A stretch of 64,000 nt of DNA from Gordius albopunctatus (taxonomy: Eukaryota). Both the position numbers and the translations under genes were made by a program. The notes under the pieces are model-generated. The model had not been told where the DNA came from. It worked only from the letters and a program-made list of their open reading frames with translations, and did not search any database. Shown piece by piece: positions 1 through 12,893 of the stretch (positions are counted from its first letter, which is position 1; every line of letters starts with the position of its first letter). The stretch covers positions 3,286,001 through 3,350,000 of the forward strand of contig OZ193910.1 in NCBI GenBank assembly GCA_964276515.1, read 5' to 3'.

Positions 1-9
1 ATTATTTAG

Positions 10-1262
10 GTGTGGACATTGGAGTGGGAGATATTAATGAACAGCCACTTTGCTATGATCCCGTTACCAAAGGTATATTAAGTACGCTTTGAAGTGCTTA
101 ATAAATGTTTTTAGAAACTGTTTTGGTGAAGTTAGAAGCAAATCATATGCTGTCGTCTAAATCAAGTAAACCGCTAGACGTGGAAAAACTTCAGATTGAA
201 AAGCCAATTTCGGAACGTAAGATAGTTTTGTACATAATAAAATAGCTTTATAATGTAGCTAACGTTATAGAAGCGCCCAAAATTCAACCGTCTTTATGGG
301 ATTCTTACAGAATTTTCAGCCCGGGTAAAGTTTATTTGATCCTTATAATTTTACTTTTATTTTAGAAGCTCAAGCCTACTTTACCGAAGCCTTGCACACT
401 AGTGAGTGATACTAGCATAGAGACTACGCTACCATACATCTAATGCACACTTAAATTATATCATTGCATAACATTACATTTTTCATCATTTAGTTTGTGG
501 GAAATTGTATTTTTACAAGCTTATATTGTCTAATTTCTAAAATATAAAAATAATTCACCCATGGATGTTTCGATATTAATGTGAAGACCAAAATATATTT
601 CTGACCATTATATGATTTATGATAATTAAAAAAATTTAAGTGTATGAGAAGGTTCGTTCGGCTTGATTTATTTAATAATCTCCTCTCCCATATCAGACTC
701 GGAGGAAGGGAAAGGAATATCGAGGGATAGGCAGAAAAAGAAGAGACGCGATTATCAATCGATCGAATGGCGTGAGAAAGGGATTTATGATACCGAAGCT
801 GAGGCTAAAGAGGCTCTCAGCGCCGAAAATGTATGGGGCTACTGGTATAAGAATGAAACCGAACAAGGTCCCAAAGTTTATTACCGGTATTTAAGAGTAG
901 CCCTTGAACGATATAATTTATTTAGGTGCAAGTGTGTTAAATACCGCGGGCCCCAATGCCAAGCTCGGTGTTATCTCTTATACGAATACATGACGAAAAA
1001 GGTGATTATGTACACCACCACAGCGCGACATACTCATGAAATGATGCCCAAAAAATTGTCAAATATTAAGGATCTCGTTAAAAAGGAGATTTGTAGAATG
1101 TTTTACCTTGGAATCAAACCTAAGGCTATAATGGAAAATATTAAGAAGCTTAAACAACCTGCCCCTTCGATGACACAATTGAGAAATTTTTTGGCCGTTT
1201 TGAAGAAAAAAAACATGACCCTTTCGGAAATTGTAACCATGACTACTAATAACCCTTTCTGA
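10..1262 (+). CDS. 5'-incomplete spliced gene ending in a MULE/WRKY-GCM1-type zinc-finger domain, with no DDE catalytic domain
   Basis: Exons 10-72, 115-216, 259-324, 366-401, 697-886, 926-1262 join in one open frame through GT-AG introns of 42, 42, 41, 295 and 39 nt. Removing the 39-nt intron 887-925 gives VYYRCKCVKYRGPQCQARCYLLY...TARHTHE (C..C..H-x-H), followed by KPKAIMENI...QLRNFL, as in N-termini of animal Mutator transposases. Stop at 1260-1262. If donor 402 (GTGAGT) is unused, the upstream part stops at 407-409. Confidence 0.65.
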
Positions 1263-1994
1263 TCTTATCGAATGAAAATTACTTTAAAAAAGCTAGCCTC
1301 GTTTGTATTATAAAATTGCATTAACGATAAGTAGTCATAATATAGCGATAAACGAATGATATCTATAATATTATTATTATATAGCCACTAAACTACGTAA
1401 TTAAGGATTTGACGAACCCATAAATCTATTTCATTAAAAAGCTTTTTGACGTTATATACATGTATATTAAAATTGAAAAGCTTAGTGAATTTAATTTTTA
1501 GTAAGCACTTTTGATGTAAAAGATTCAAAAAAAGCTTTCAAAATATCTTGACATCAATAGATGATAACCATATATGTACATCAGCACTTATAAATTAGTA
1601 GGAAAATTTGGTGTAGATATTAAAACTTGACATTACTTTTTGAATTTAACAAAAAACGCATTTAAATTGGCAGATATTAAATCAAACATTCGAGTAAATG
1701 TATTTTTATTCAAACATACTGAAATTGAATATGAAACTTATAAAGCTTGCGAGATGAAAGTGCTATATAGGCGTGGAGGTGATCACAATTTTTTCATATA
1801 TATTAATAGCGTAAGGACGTTAAGATTTACAAATAAATAACGTTTATAATTAATATATATGTATATGAATAATAAACTTAAAGTGTAATATCGAGGTACC
1901 CAAACTTCAGATACTATTAATGTTGCAGGGTAAGTTAAACTTAGTCATACGTGACTAGATAAAATCATAGATCAACAACTAAAAGTGTTCAATA

Positions 1995-4900
1995 TCAAGG
2001 TGAGTCTTGTTTGGGTGATGTCGAGGCAATAACTTTTGAATCGGTCTCGAACGTGCAGTTTTCTCGGCTAGAACATGTTTCCCGTTTGAGAGCGGCCAAT
2101 CTTCGAATCTTTTCCCTTATGGCTTGAGCATTTTGTGGGGCGTGGTCTGACACCTTTACGGGTTTAGTTGTAGAAGTTGTACCAGGGGAACCTTTAAAAT
2201 ATGATTTAACGAATGCAAATTTCATTTAGCTCTGTCCATGGGCATAGCCAAAGGGGGCAGGGAAGGGCGCCTGCTCCCCTTTAGATCCAAAAATTTGTTG
2301 AAAATTTTGGCTAAAATTTCAAAAATGATCATTTTGCCCCCCCCCCTCTAATTCCAAAGCAGGGTACGCCCATGGCTCTATCCAAATAGACTTGTATCAA
2401 AATCAAAGATGTTTTAATTGAAATGGCACATTTCATAGGTGGAATCATATTACGAAATTAAAATGGTGTTGGAAATTATTGAATCTATGAATTTGTCCAA
2501 TATAGCACATTTTCGAAAACAAGTTCAAGCTGACAGCTTCTTGTAATGATAAAATGATAATTTTCTAAATATCTTTTATCTGTATTTCGTAATTCGACAT
2601 TTTAATGATGTCAAAAAAGGCCATCAAATATATAACTTCATAAATATTTAAATTATATGTTAAAGAAAATATCTTTCAAACCTTAAAATTAATATAATAT
2701 TGAAGAGACACTAAATTTTTAATTCTCAAGAGTGGTTTTAAAGCCATCGTAGACTACTAAGTATTTTGATATAAATAACGGTAATAATAACCAATCTTAA
2801 AATAATTACCCTTTTTAAAGCCGTTAGTCGTATCCACGATTTCATCGTTGACTCTCAAAAAAAAATTATCGCGCGAGCTTTGCGAGCTAGGCAGGGGAGG
2901 ATTCGAGCTATTTAGACCTTCCCCGCAAGTCATAGAAAATGAAATGCGCATCCCCAATCCTCCATCTAGTACTTCTCGACCCCTTTCTCGTACTTTAACT
3001 TGTGCCCGTCGCCGCTTGATCAAAGTATTTTTATGCTTCTTTTCACGAATCAAACGCAACAGCCTGCCTCGCGAAGATCGCGAATGACTATCAGTCCCCT
3101 TACTACTTTCGAGCTGTAATGCCGCCGCGGGCTTAGTTTTATCATCGTTTCTAACTTCGAATGACGTATAATATCTTCGGTAAAATGCTACTAAATCTTC
3201 TTTCTCCCGTTTCTTCCTAGAATTGCAATAGTGTTCGGGAGGGGAATTGCTTAAATCGATTTTAAGCCTCTTTTTGAGCGGTAACCTAACTAAACTGCCC
3301 GGTCGATCCCCAGTGCTCCCACATCTTTTACGATTAATAGGGTTTGGGTCACTAGTGACCCCATCGTCCGAGTCCGACGAATTATCGATAAGACCTAGAG
3401 GAGTATTTAGGTTTTGAACGGATGGCCTAGACCTTAAAACGTTGCGGGTCGGGCTTATTTTGTGTTGAATAGGAGAAGAAGAGGTAGACGAGGAATTCTT
3501 GCTATTAGTAGCGCCCGGGGAGGCTGTTAGGGATGTACTGGTAGTGGTGCGTGTAGTAGCTATAGAAGGCGATAACGATGTCGTTATGTCGTACGAACGT
3601 AATTCCTGGTCCTCTAAAACATCACTCTCCCATCCAGATTCATTTCCTTTGGTATTTAAAAAAAAGTTTTTGGGTCAAACAAAATAATCACGGGAGATTA
3701 TCATAATCTTGGAAACAATTAAACCAAAAGTTCTCGAAACCGTCAAATTTTGCACAAGTATTAAGACCAAAATTCACGATAAACAGAACATTTTTTTTTT
3801 GAAAATACCGTTGAGTTCGCGCTGAAGTAAGGTGTCGAAAAAAGAGAGCATTCCCGCATCCTCGTTTACGTTATGTTCAGCGAAGTCGTAAGATAACAAG
3901 GCATGTGCCCTTAGTATGACGTTTCTAAATATATTAACGGTTTCTATGTCTGTGGTTTCATTTTCTGATGCAAGCGGTTCTCGTTCTGGATTAGAAACTC
4001 CGATTTCTGATACATCCAAACTAGTGCTCGGGATCGTAGCTGTAACGCCATCTTCTTGACTGGAGAAACCTGATAAACGAATATAACATAAAAATCATCA
4101 AGTTGGACGAGACGAGGCAGATAGTACATTTGATGTCGAAAGTGAGCTTCTCATCTGCAAATCTTTTGTGCGCCTTGAAATGTATCATTAAGGTTTCATA
4201 TGTTAGAGTTTCTAGGTTGATTTTAAAAAGGGCAAGGCAAACCAGCATAATGAAAGATGTGCTAATATTCTATCAAGGTGAAAAATATCTTTAAATCGGG
4301 GTCGTGTGTGACCCGGTTGCTGTTTTGAGTCGCTAATAATGGACATCTCAAAGACTTATTGCACGTAAAAAGTTAACTTTAGATATTTATTTTACTGTCT
4401 CCAGCGTTTAATTCAATACTAACCTTCCCACCATATTTTCCCTAAGCCGACTAATTCTTCTACTTAATCAAAAACTTTTAGGGTGTAACTTTACCGAACC
4501 AAATTATTTATTACTATTCTCAAAAAAATGTGAACTCGTTGATATTCCGGTATCGTGTGATAGCGCCGAATTTTCGTGTAGGGGTGATATTGTTACATCT
4601 TTGCTAGGCAGTTTGTCTAGGCGAGGTCGTGTAGACCGAGCATTGGGTCCATGCCTTAGAAGATTTTTATCTTTTAGACCTACGGGGTTTGGGCTCCACA
4701 CCTATAGTATAAATGGAAGAATGTAGGATCGTTGTAAAACGGTTGGGTTTTGCAAGATCCCAAACGGGAACAGATCAGGTGGTTAGTTTCCCCCTTAGTC
4801 GGCATTTGAAAAGTAGAACAGAGTCGAGCGTTAGTCTTAGTTGAATCGATGGAGGATTACACAAAACTCATGCGTTTTTACAATACTAATGTATTTAGTA

Positions 4901-7900
4901 GGTAAGCGTTGAGATTATTAAAATATATTCACTATATATAATTGCGATGACTTGATCATCAATATTAAGAAAAAGAAAATAAAAAGTACCCATAGCCATA
5001 CAAGAATAAATGATTGTTGGCGCCTAAATTTATGAGTGAAAAAAACAGGGGACCTGTAAAATTAAAAAAATTTCAAAAACTAGACAGGATATTCCGGGTG
5101 TTTAAACAAATATTGATGCAATCGAAAATCCGATTTGTCAAAAGGGTCCATTTACTTAATATTACATAAAAGTCTACGAATTGGAAACTTTGGTAAATGA
5201 GCTACAAAACTGCTAGATAAATAATTAGATTTTGTTGGACACCTTTATCATTTTCTCGACGCCCGAAGAAACTATTAAATTTCTGATCGGCTCGTAACGG
5301 ACCTGGTTAACTATAGAACGATGACCGGTCAATATTAAATGCGGTTCCGTGTCTACGTTTAATATTATATAAAAGCAAATGTAAGTAAACATTATGCTTT
5401 GATCAATTCTGGTAAAATTAAAAACAACATATTAATTATACGTTTTGTCTTATATTCGCGGAAATCTTTCAATCAAATTAAAGTAATGCTAAACCTTTCA
5501 CCGAAACCCTATAGTTAGTGATGACGTTTCTTATGCTATTAAATATAAACAAATTGTTTTTAAGATAAAAATAACAAAAAATGTCTTGCCCGGGAAAAAA
5601 CTTTCTTCCTTTAAGACTTAGCTTAAAGCCCTACCCTGAGCAATGTCATTTTCAATAGCATGTTCGACCATGGAGCAATCTGGAATTTTCCACGCGTAAA
5701 CGTTAAAATCATCCGACCCCGATACGACGTACTGCAAAAGAAATTAGAGATATATAGAAATGTACCAAATTTTAAAATGAAAAAAGGTAAGGTGACAAAG
5801 ATGAAATTGATCTAGCGATGTTTGGTTATTCAATTAAGGTTTTAACTTAGAGAAAAACGAAAAACAACGGGCTTTAGTATGGTATTAGAGAGAGCTCGGG
5901 TCATCATTTTCATCATGTGCCAAGTAAATTAAGTTATCGTTGAAAAACTTTGGATGAGAATGTAAATAGACATTGAATTTTGTTAAAACTGAGGCACTTG
6001 CGATAGTCAAAATTTTTAAGTGGCACGATAGCCAGGATTTTGGGATAATTGTTTCAACAAAACATATATTTTAAAGAGCATGCCCTTCAAATAAAACTAA
6101 AATTTTTAATCGCTATGCAATTTATGGGCTTTGGTTGTCCGTCCGTCCTCCTGTTCAACCTGTAATTCATCAATAATTGCCGTGGAAACTTATTCGCGTT
6201 TTTTTATGAATGTTGGCCCGTGCTTCTGTAATTAAGACTTTTATTTTACTTTCGCAAATAGACTGGCTAATGAGCGCTGATTAATTACAAATTATCCATA
6301 TATAAGAATGTTAACCGCTATGTCATGACTTAAACAGGGCGATGCAGGCCTGGGTTGATGCTCCACCCTCACCCAAATCCCATATTTTTTTATAAAATCG
6401 ACGATGATCAAATTTACAAAAAATTAATAATATCCCCGCAACGTGCCCACAATTTTTTACAAATATACAATTTTCCAAATATAAAGGTGGCAGCTGACCC
6501 CCTCTGCCCCCCCCCCAACCTTCCTGCTAAGCCCTAAATGTACATTTTACCCTTAGCCTAAATACACATAAATTCCAATAAGGTAGATTCTCCCAACTTA
6601 AAGGCCTGATTTCAACCGCATATAGTTTTACTTAGCTCAAAGGAAATAAGGTTTTGATTACGTTGACAAACTCAAATTTATCCCGCAGGCTGCTCCCTTT
6701 CAAATATAAAACTCTTAAAATTGAGGACGGGCAACCGGAGCTTTAAATAAATTAAACGCCTTAGGGCTTGTCTTAATATCGGATTCCGATTCAAATCGCA
6801 AGAATTTATTTTTGTCTAAATATTCGATACAATTTCATGGGTCAGACTAGGCTTTAATTATTAATATTTTGTTTTTTGATATTTTTAAAGACGTTTGTTT
6901 GTTTATTTCAACTCCTGAGATTTAATGTAAACTTTGATGATACCTAAAAATTTAAAAACATACAATATTTAAGCTTAGGAAAAATTTTGCATCTCACAAA
7001 ATCGGTGTTATGTTATGCGTCGTCTCAAATGTAAATCTGCTGCTGTGAATTCGAAGTTAAGACACGGCTATGTTATGGCCCGTAAGACGATTTTTGCTGC
7101 GCATCAAAATCCAATATTAAGACAAGACCTTACACAATTCCATAAGCTTGCACTAGGACTAAAGCAAACAGCGTTTCGCAAATTTCCAACAAACGCTACG
7201 CACTAACTTCATCATTTTGCCCGGCAAAACAACCGCTCTTCATGGTACAACTGTTGTAGTAGGTGTCGTGGTCGAACGTGCACAAAGGCAGGGCATGGTC
7301 CCTCTTTACCCTGTGCCTACCCCAATTTCTAATGATGTTGTCGTATATTTGTGGTCCCGATTTGCGACGCAAGCTCATGATCAAGGTGCCTTGTCGGTTG
7401 AATTTGGCGCTCGTAGCATAATTTTCACAATCTTCGCCTTGAACGGCGCACAAAGAAACCCCATCAACCGGCCTCGAGCAGTAACGGTAGTAACAGCTAA
7501 GGAGGAAAATTAATAATCGACGGTTATAGCTTTAAAATACATAATCGATAAGCTATATAATCCTATCGATATTTTGTCAGGGGTATTAGGAGATGCGTTG
7601 TTAGGTGTAGTCAGGGGAGCCACCCTTCCTCTAAATCAAAAAATTTGTTGAAATTTATTGAAATCAGGGCTAAAATTTCGAAAATTGATCATTTTGTCCC
7701 CCTTTGAATCATTATTCCCCTCTAATTCCAATGCTGGCTACGCTCATGTCTTCAGCTATCTAATTCCTAATATATTATTACGTGCGATGTAATTCATGAG
7801 GAAAAAGAGCTCATTTCCCCAGGATCCCTATCAAGATAGGGGCGTGTGTTTGGGGCGAGCAGTCGCCGAGACTCTCGCTGGTTATTTATATTAAAAAAGT

Positions 7901-10900
7901 GGAGAAAGTAATTATTTTTGTGACAAAAATGAGTATTGGACATATGCCGGACTTGATTGCCGAAATGGGATAAGTGAGCGACGTATGGTATAAATGAAAA
8001 AGTGCTGGACATGAAGGTGCTGAGGAAGAGGACGACCTCGTGTCACGTGGGAAGTGCAAGTCGACAAAGTTATGAAAACTAGGAGGATTAATCAAGAAAT
8101 GGCACTTAGCCGATCAAGATGGAAGGAACTCGTTAAAACAAACCTCACGACTGAGGGACCAAATACTTGATAAAGAAGGAGTAAGGTTGAATGTTATGCG
8201 AAATAATATTTGATTGTTATTGGTAGTTATAGAATTGCAACGGATTTTCCTACGATTAAAGGCTTGTTAAAGAGTCAGTCCTCCCATCCCGGTAAACAGC
8301 ACATGTAGAGCCCTGAAAAATGGAATTTTATCTTTTTACCCAGGCCCGCCACGAGTTCAGCTCGACTATTTTGAAATGTAAATCTATAAAAAGTTTTAAA
8401 AATACTCACCCGCACCTTTCTTTTAGGATAAAAATATTTTGTCTCCGCTAAATAGCCTACTCAACAAAATAATAAAATTTAATCTGGCCCGAATCGAGTC
8501 AACTCGACCCGAGGCCAGATCCCGGCCCGTGCAGGCTCTAACTGTGATTCGTCGGCTATTAAAAATCAGCGACTTATGTATTTCGCTTTCAAAATTGGCC
8601 ACTAAAGGCAACAGTTGGGATTTAAATAAATTTTTCAGCTTAAGTCCATTTTTGTTAGTAAATATCTATATCCTCCTCGATGAAAGTCATGATAAAGACT
8701 TAGTTATATAAAAAACGCTGGGGTGCGCCATTGAAATTCAGATTTCTCGCGGTTTAACATTTATTTTAATAGGTTTTGTGTAAGTGTAGATATTAATGGA
8801 ACATAACAACCTGCCCGCTCTTCTAATATCCCATATACCGACCCCTTCTTTAGTGTTAGCCGTCACGAGGTAGTTTGCATCAATGGGGTCGTACATTACG
8901 GAATGAAAGGCGGACATGTAACTGGCTATTCTCAAGGGATCTAAGATAAAAACAAACATATTCTGTGCTATGTTGAATTAAAAAGTGCGATATTAAAAGT
9001 TTATGGCCTTTAAAATAATCTTATCTGATGCAGGGTTTATTCCTAAGAGAAAAAGGCAGCCCCACTTGAGTTGAACACGATAAATTTAGAAAAATAGACA
9101 ATGTCTAACACTAATTGGAGAATTTTCAATTTTTGGAAACCAGCAAGTTAATTTTAAGAACCAGGCAATGCCAAAATTTTTTGATTCGATTAGATTCTTC
9201 CAAAGCTTGTATCAAAACGACAACATACTGCACAGCTCACTAGTTGTATATTTTTAGAAATATAAGGTGGGCTCCGTTAAAAATTTAAAACTAATTTCCA
9301 AAATTATTATTTTATGTATCTAAATTTTATCGTTTTTTCAGGCAGCAATCCAATAATTTCCGTTATGGACGTAGCCAGAAAATATTATTTGCTATTAAAT
9401 TTTTTCAATACTTGTCCACAATTAGAAGAAGTCGTTATTTAACGCTTCTAAACCCTAATATCACTTCTCCCCCGTCCCATTATCCAAATTCTGGCTAGGA
9501 CCATTGGATGGAAATGATTAATATGATAGTTATAAGAATGTCTGGGTAAAAATTCTTTAGTCATCCATATTTGACATTATTAATGAGAAACTATAAAGTA
9601 AAATTATATTTCTCTAAATCCTTACAACCCAAAATTACTAACAATATTGAAATCAGTAAGGCTATAATACTTTCAACTAATACCCCCCTTTTTGATCCAA
9701 TTTGTGCATAATTTGGAATGATAAGTCCAAAAATATTACAAAACCCCCCCCCGTTCAAAAACTCGGTTAAATTCATATAGAATAGTAGTAATACAATAAA
9801 ATGGCGAACAGCTGATTATTATTAAGTAAGAAATGTAGGTCGCCATTAGTGGACCGTACGTTAACAAACTAAACACTATTCCCTTTTGTTGTATACTGTA
9901 TACACGTGGAAAGATTATCCTTTAATGTTCCAATTATTCTTTATTCGTTATTCCACACACGGGCGTAGCCAGCATTGGGAATAGGAGGGGTGGGGGCAAT
10001 AATGATTTAGGCAGGGGAAAAATGATCATTTTTTGAAATTAACAAATATTCGGATTTAGGGTCCCCTTTGGCTACGCTCAAGGGTTATAATGGTTGTTAA
10101 GCCAACCTCCGACGGTTCTAGTGTCGGTAAGCAATATTTGTCCATCCTCGCAAGCCACGCAGAAGAGATTATCGTTGGTGGGATCGATCGAAATGCCATA
10201 GACGGCTTCATCGTAAACGAATACATTTTTGGCCGCGTTCCTGTGTAATAATAATTCAATCATCTTATAAGGAGTGCGAGCGAGACAAAACCGGCTTAAA
10301 AAAGATTTTAGGTTAGGCTTAGAGCCCTGCGAAATAAAATTTCCTCGGCCCAACTCCGAAATTTTTTTACTCAGGCCTGGCCCAAGCCCGACCCGACTTT
10401 TTTCAAATGTAAATTTATAAAAAAAAATTTATCCGAATACCACCCGTACCCTTCATTAAACATAAAAATCTTTTGTCTCCTCTAAATAGCGTGCTCAACA
10501 AAGGAAGTAGCAAAAAGTTTTTAAAACCTTTTAGGTAAATTTTACCTCGGGCCTGGTCGGGTTGATCCATCAGGCCCGACCCGAGCCTGATTAAATTTTA
10601 ATTTTTTATCCGACGGCTTCGGGTGGCCCGTGCAAGGCTCTAGCTAGACCCCCTTGATGTTCCTCCCCAAAATGTCATACAAAATGGTGATTAAGGTATA
10701 GATTGTTTAATGACAATCGGTATAACGGATTTGCAATAAGCAGTTTTTTGCTCTGGGGGTCTCTTTTAATGACGTGTGTTATCAAACTCATGCCCTAGGA
10801 TTGGAATTTTAAACAAACGCCCCCTCTTAAAACTAAATTACCACAACATTTTAGTATTATTATTTATATGATGTAATGGAGCATTGATTAATCTAAAGGG

Positions 10901-12893
10901 GATCCTATTACTTTTTGCCTCGCTTAAAAATTTATAATTATCCCCATTAACCTCACCCCTTCTCCCCTTTAAAAACATTTCTGTATGTGTCTGAGATGGG
11001 CAATCGTTGTACATAGTGGTGATGTAAAAACGGTTGAATTTTGTTTGGTTGACCTTTGGTTTTAGTCGACGACTAAGCATAAACAAGCAATTTACAATTA
11101 GTCATCATAAAGCTTAGACGTAAATTCATATTGGGGATAACAAATTAATAAAAGTTTAATAAAATATTTACACATACAATACATATAGATATATAATGTT
11201 TTCAAACGTAGGAAGGTGAGGAGATAAATGACCACATTGGGCATAGAAAAAGGTGCTGTTTTGATTAATTGGCCTCATTCTTTAATGAAATACAAAGACT
11301 AAAGGATAACTGGTGTGAGGTATTACTAAATTATATCGATCTAAGATAGGTTCAGTTTTGAAGAAATAGTTTAAGTTGCTTGCTAGTTAATTAAGGTTTA
11401 AAATCCTTATGAAAATTAAAAAATATTTTCAAGTCTAAACACATACTACATTTATGAATCTCCCCTATCATCCATAGATGTTAAAATAAAAAAGTTAAAT
11501 TCAAGTGATTTTTTACTATAGAAACTATGATCATCTCTCTAAATTATAAAGCAGGTGTCAGATATTTAAACTATGGAGTGGGACTATGTTGTTGCCATCA
11601 ACCTTTTGCACTTATATATGTGACTCTGTTATCGTAAGAATTAGCCTTTCATCAAACAAAATTTAGAGCTTAGTGATGTTATAGAGTAATTTAACATACA
11701 ACTTGATTTGTGATTTATAGATACCACAGAAGAATAAATATTGTCCTAAACTCTATATATTAGTCCTAAATTCTAATTTGTTAGTAATTAAATATAAAAT
11801 TTAATGACAATTTTTTGAATAGTATTGATTATAAGCTGTTTTTAACTAAGAGAGAGAAAATAATCCTTTTATATAAGATTCTTCATAAAACAGAAATGGG
11901 ATCACATAAATATATCCAAAAATAGCATGAGAATATTTTACATTTCACTATATACACATTTAACCTAGTAAGTTATAAATTCTTTTAGAAATTCAAACAT
12001 TGCTAATCATGCAATGGCTGAATGTATTTATATTGTTTAAAAGAGGTATTAGACTTATTCAAAATGCATAAAGAGTTAGATCAGGCAAATTTTTCTATAT
12101 TATCTTCATTATTGACTTAACTAGCTTATTTGTGTTAACCTTATTATGACTTTATTACTTTAGTTTAAATTTTAGAGGAAAACCCCATTATTTCTAATAT
12201 GTAAGTTGTATTTTATTTAACTCTAACCCCTAAATATAGTTCATCATTAACTAGTAAATTAAAGGATTACCTTGTGCATTTTTATTTTAAACAAGAAAAT
12301 ACTAGTGATTAAATATTGTTAAAAGTATAGAAATAAGGATTCACATTAAATTTACTATTGCTATTTAATAAAATTACAAAGGATAAACATTCTAAAAAAA
12401 TTGTCTTGGATTAATCATTAATTACAGAAACAAAATAATTAAACAACTAGCTTACTTTATAAGATCATGATGAATAACTTGTTCATCATTTCCTAATAAA
12501 ATAAATAGAAATGAATTTGATTTATAACCAACCTGAGCTATAAATATTCTGGGCTTGGGAGTCAAAGGCTACACAAAAAATATTACTATTATGAAGGGCA
12601 TTTAACACTAAAGGTTTGTCATCCGATATTAGTGTTCTATCCAAATCCCATAATAATATCCTTCTATCATCACCAGCTAAAAAGGTTCTAAAGTGTTCTT
12701 AAGCCTGTATACCTGAAGCCAAATATTTCCCATCTTCAGAAAATTCAAGAGCATTAACACAACCAAAATGTCCAAGAAGATCTTGACAAAATATGCCAAG
12801 GCTAGAATCTAAGCGATATTTGTTAAAATCCGAAGAAAAATATGGGCATTCTATAAATGTGCGGTGGTTTAATTGGTCAAGCGTGCCACTCAT
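1995..12893 (-). CDS. DCAF5: DDB1- and CUL4-associated factor 5 (WDR22), WD40 substrate receptor
   Basis: Phase-consistent exons 12893-12713, 12676-12533, 12492-12456, 10240-10107, 8940-8811, 7496-7208, 5731-5635, 5352-5243, 4701-~4515, ~4211-4128, 4069-3809, 3646-2810, 2191-1995 (the 4515-4128 part is uncertain). Motifs DLLGHFGCVNALEFS, GDDRRILLW, YYNSCTMKSGCFAG, YVVSGSDDFNVYAW, GHRSIVNQVRY, SSGVEKMIKVWSP and EDAGMLSFFDTLLQRE match DCAF5; long low-complexity C-terminus. Confidence 0.92.
2237..2374. mobile_element. hAT-type MITE, representative of the abundant CATGGGCGTAGCCAG family
   Basis: TIRs CATGGGCATAGCC / GGGTACGCCCATG; 8-bp TSD GCTCTGTC / GCTCTATC. Similar copies at about 7590-7748, 9364-9505, 9959-10080, 17824-17975, 19201-19345, 19527-19620, 20183-20344, 21720-21855, 24610-24786, 26875-27032, 27990-28159, 28981-29140, 34535-34655, 37376-37552 and 59395-59540. 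Confidence 0.85.
7965..8180 (+). mobile_element. Decayed RTE LINE 3' fragment in a DCAF5 intron
   Basis: Similar to the 3' ends of the RTE copies at ~51410-51560 and ~54560-54760 (GRPR..W-coding region; GATAAAGAAG tail). Boundaries approximate. Confidence 0.55.
8306..8540. mobile_element. Non-autonomous hAT-like element, TAGAGCCCTG family
   Basis: Termini TAGAGCCCTG ... GCAGGCTCTA with internal CCCGA/GGCCCG repeats; internal sequence shared with 10320-10642. No clear TSD. Confidence 0.65.
10320..10642. mobile_element. Non-autonomous hAT-like element, TAGAGCCCTG family
   Basis: TIRs TAGAGCCCTGC / GCAAGGCTCTA; subterminal CCCGA repeats; degenerate 8-bp flanks GTTAGGCT / GCTAGACC. Confidence 0.7.
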
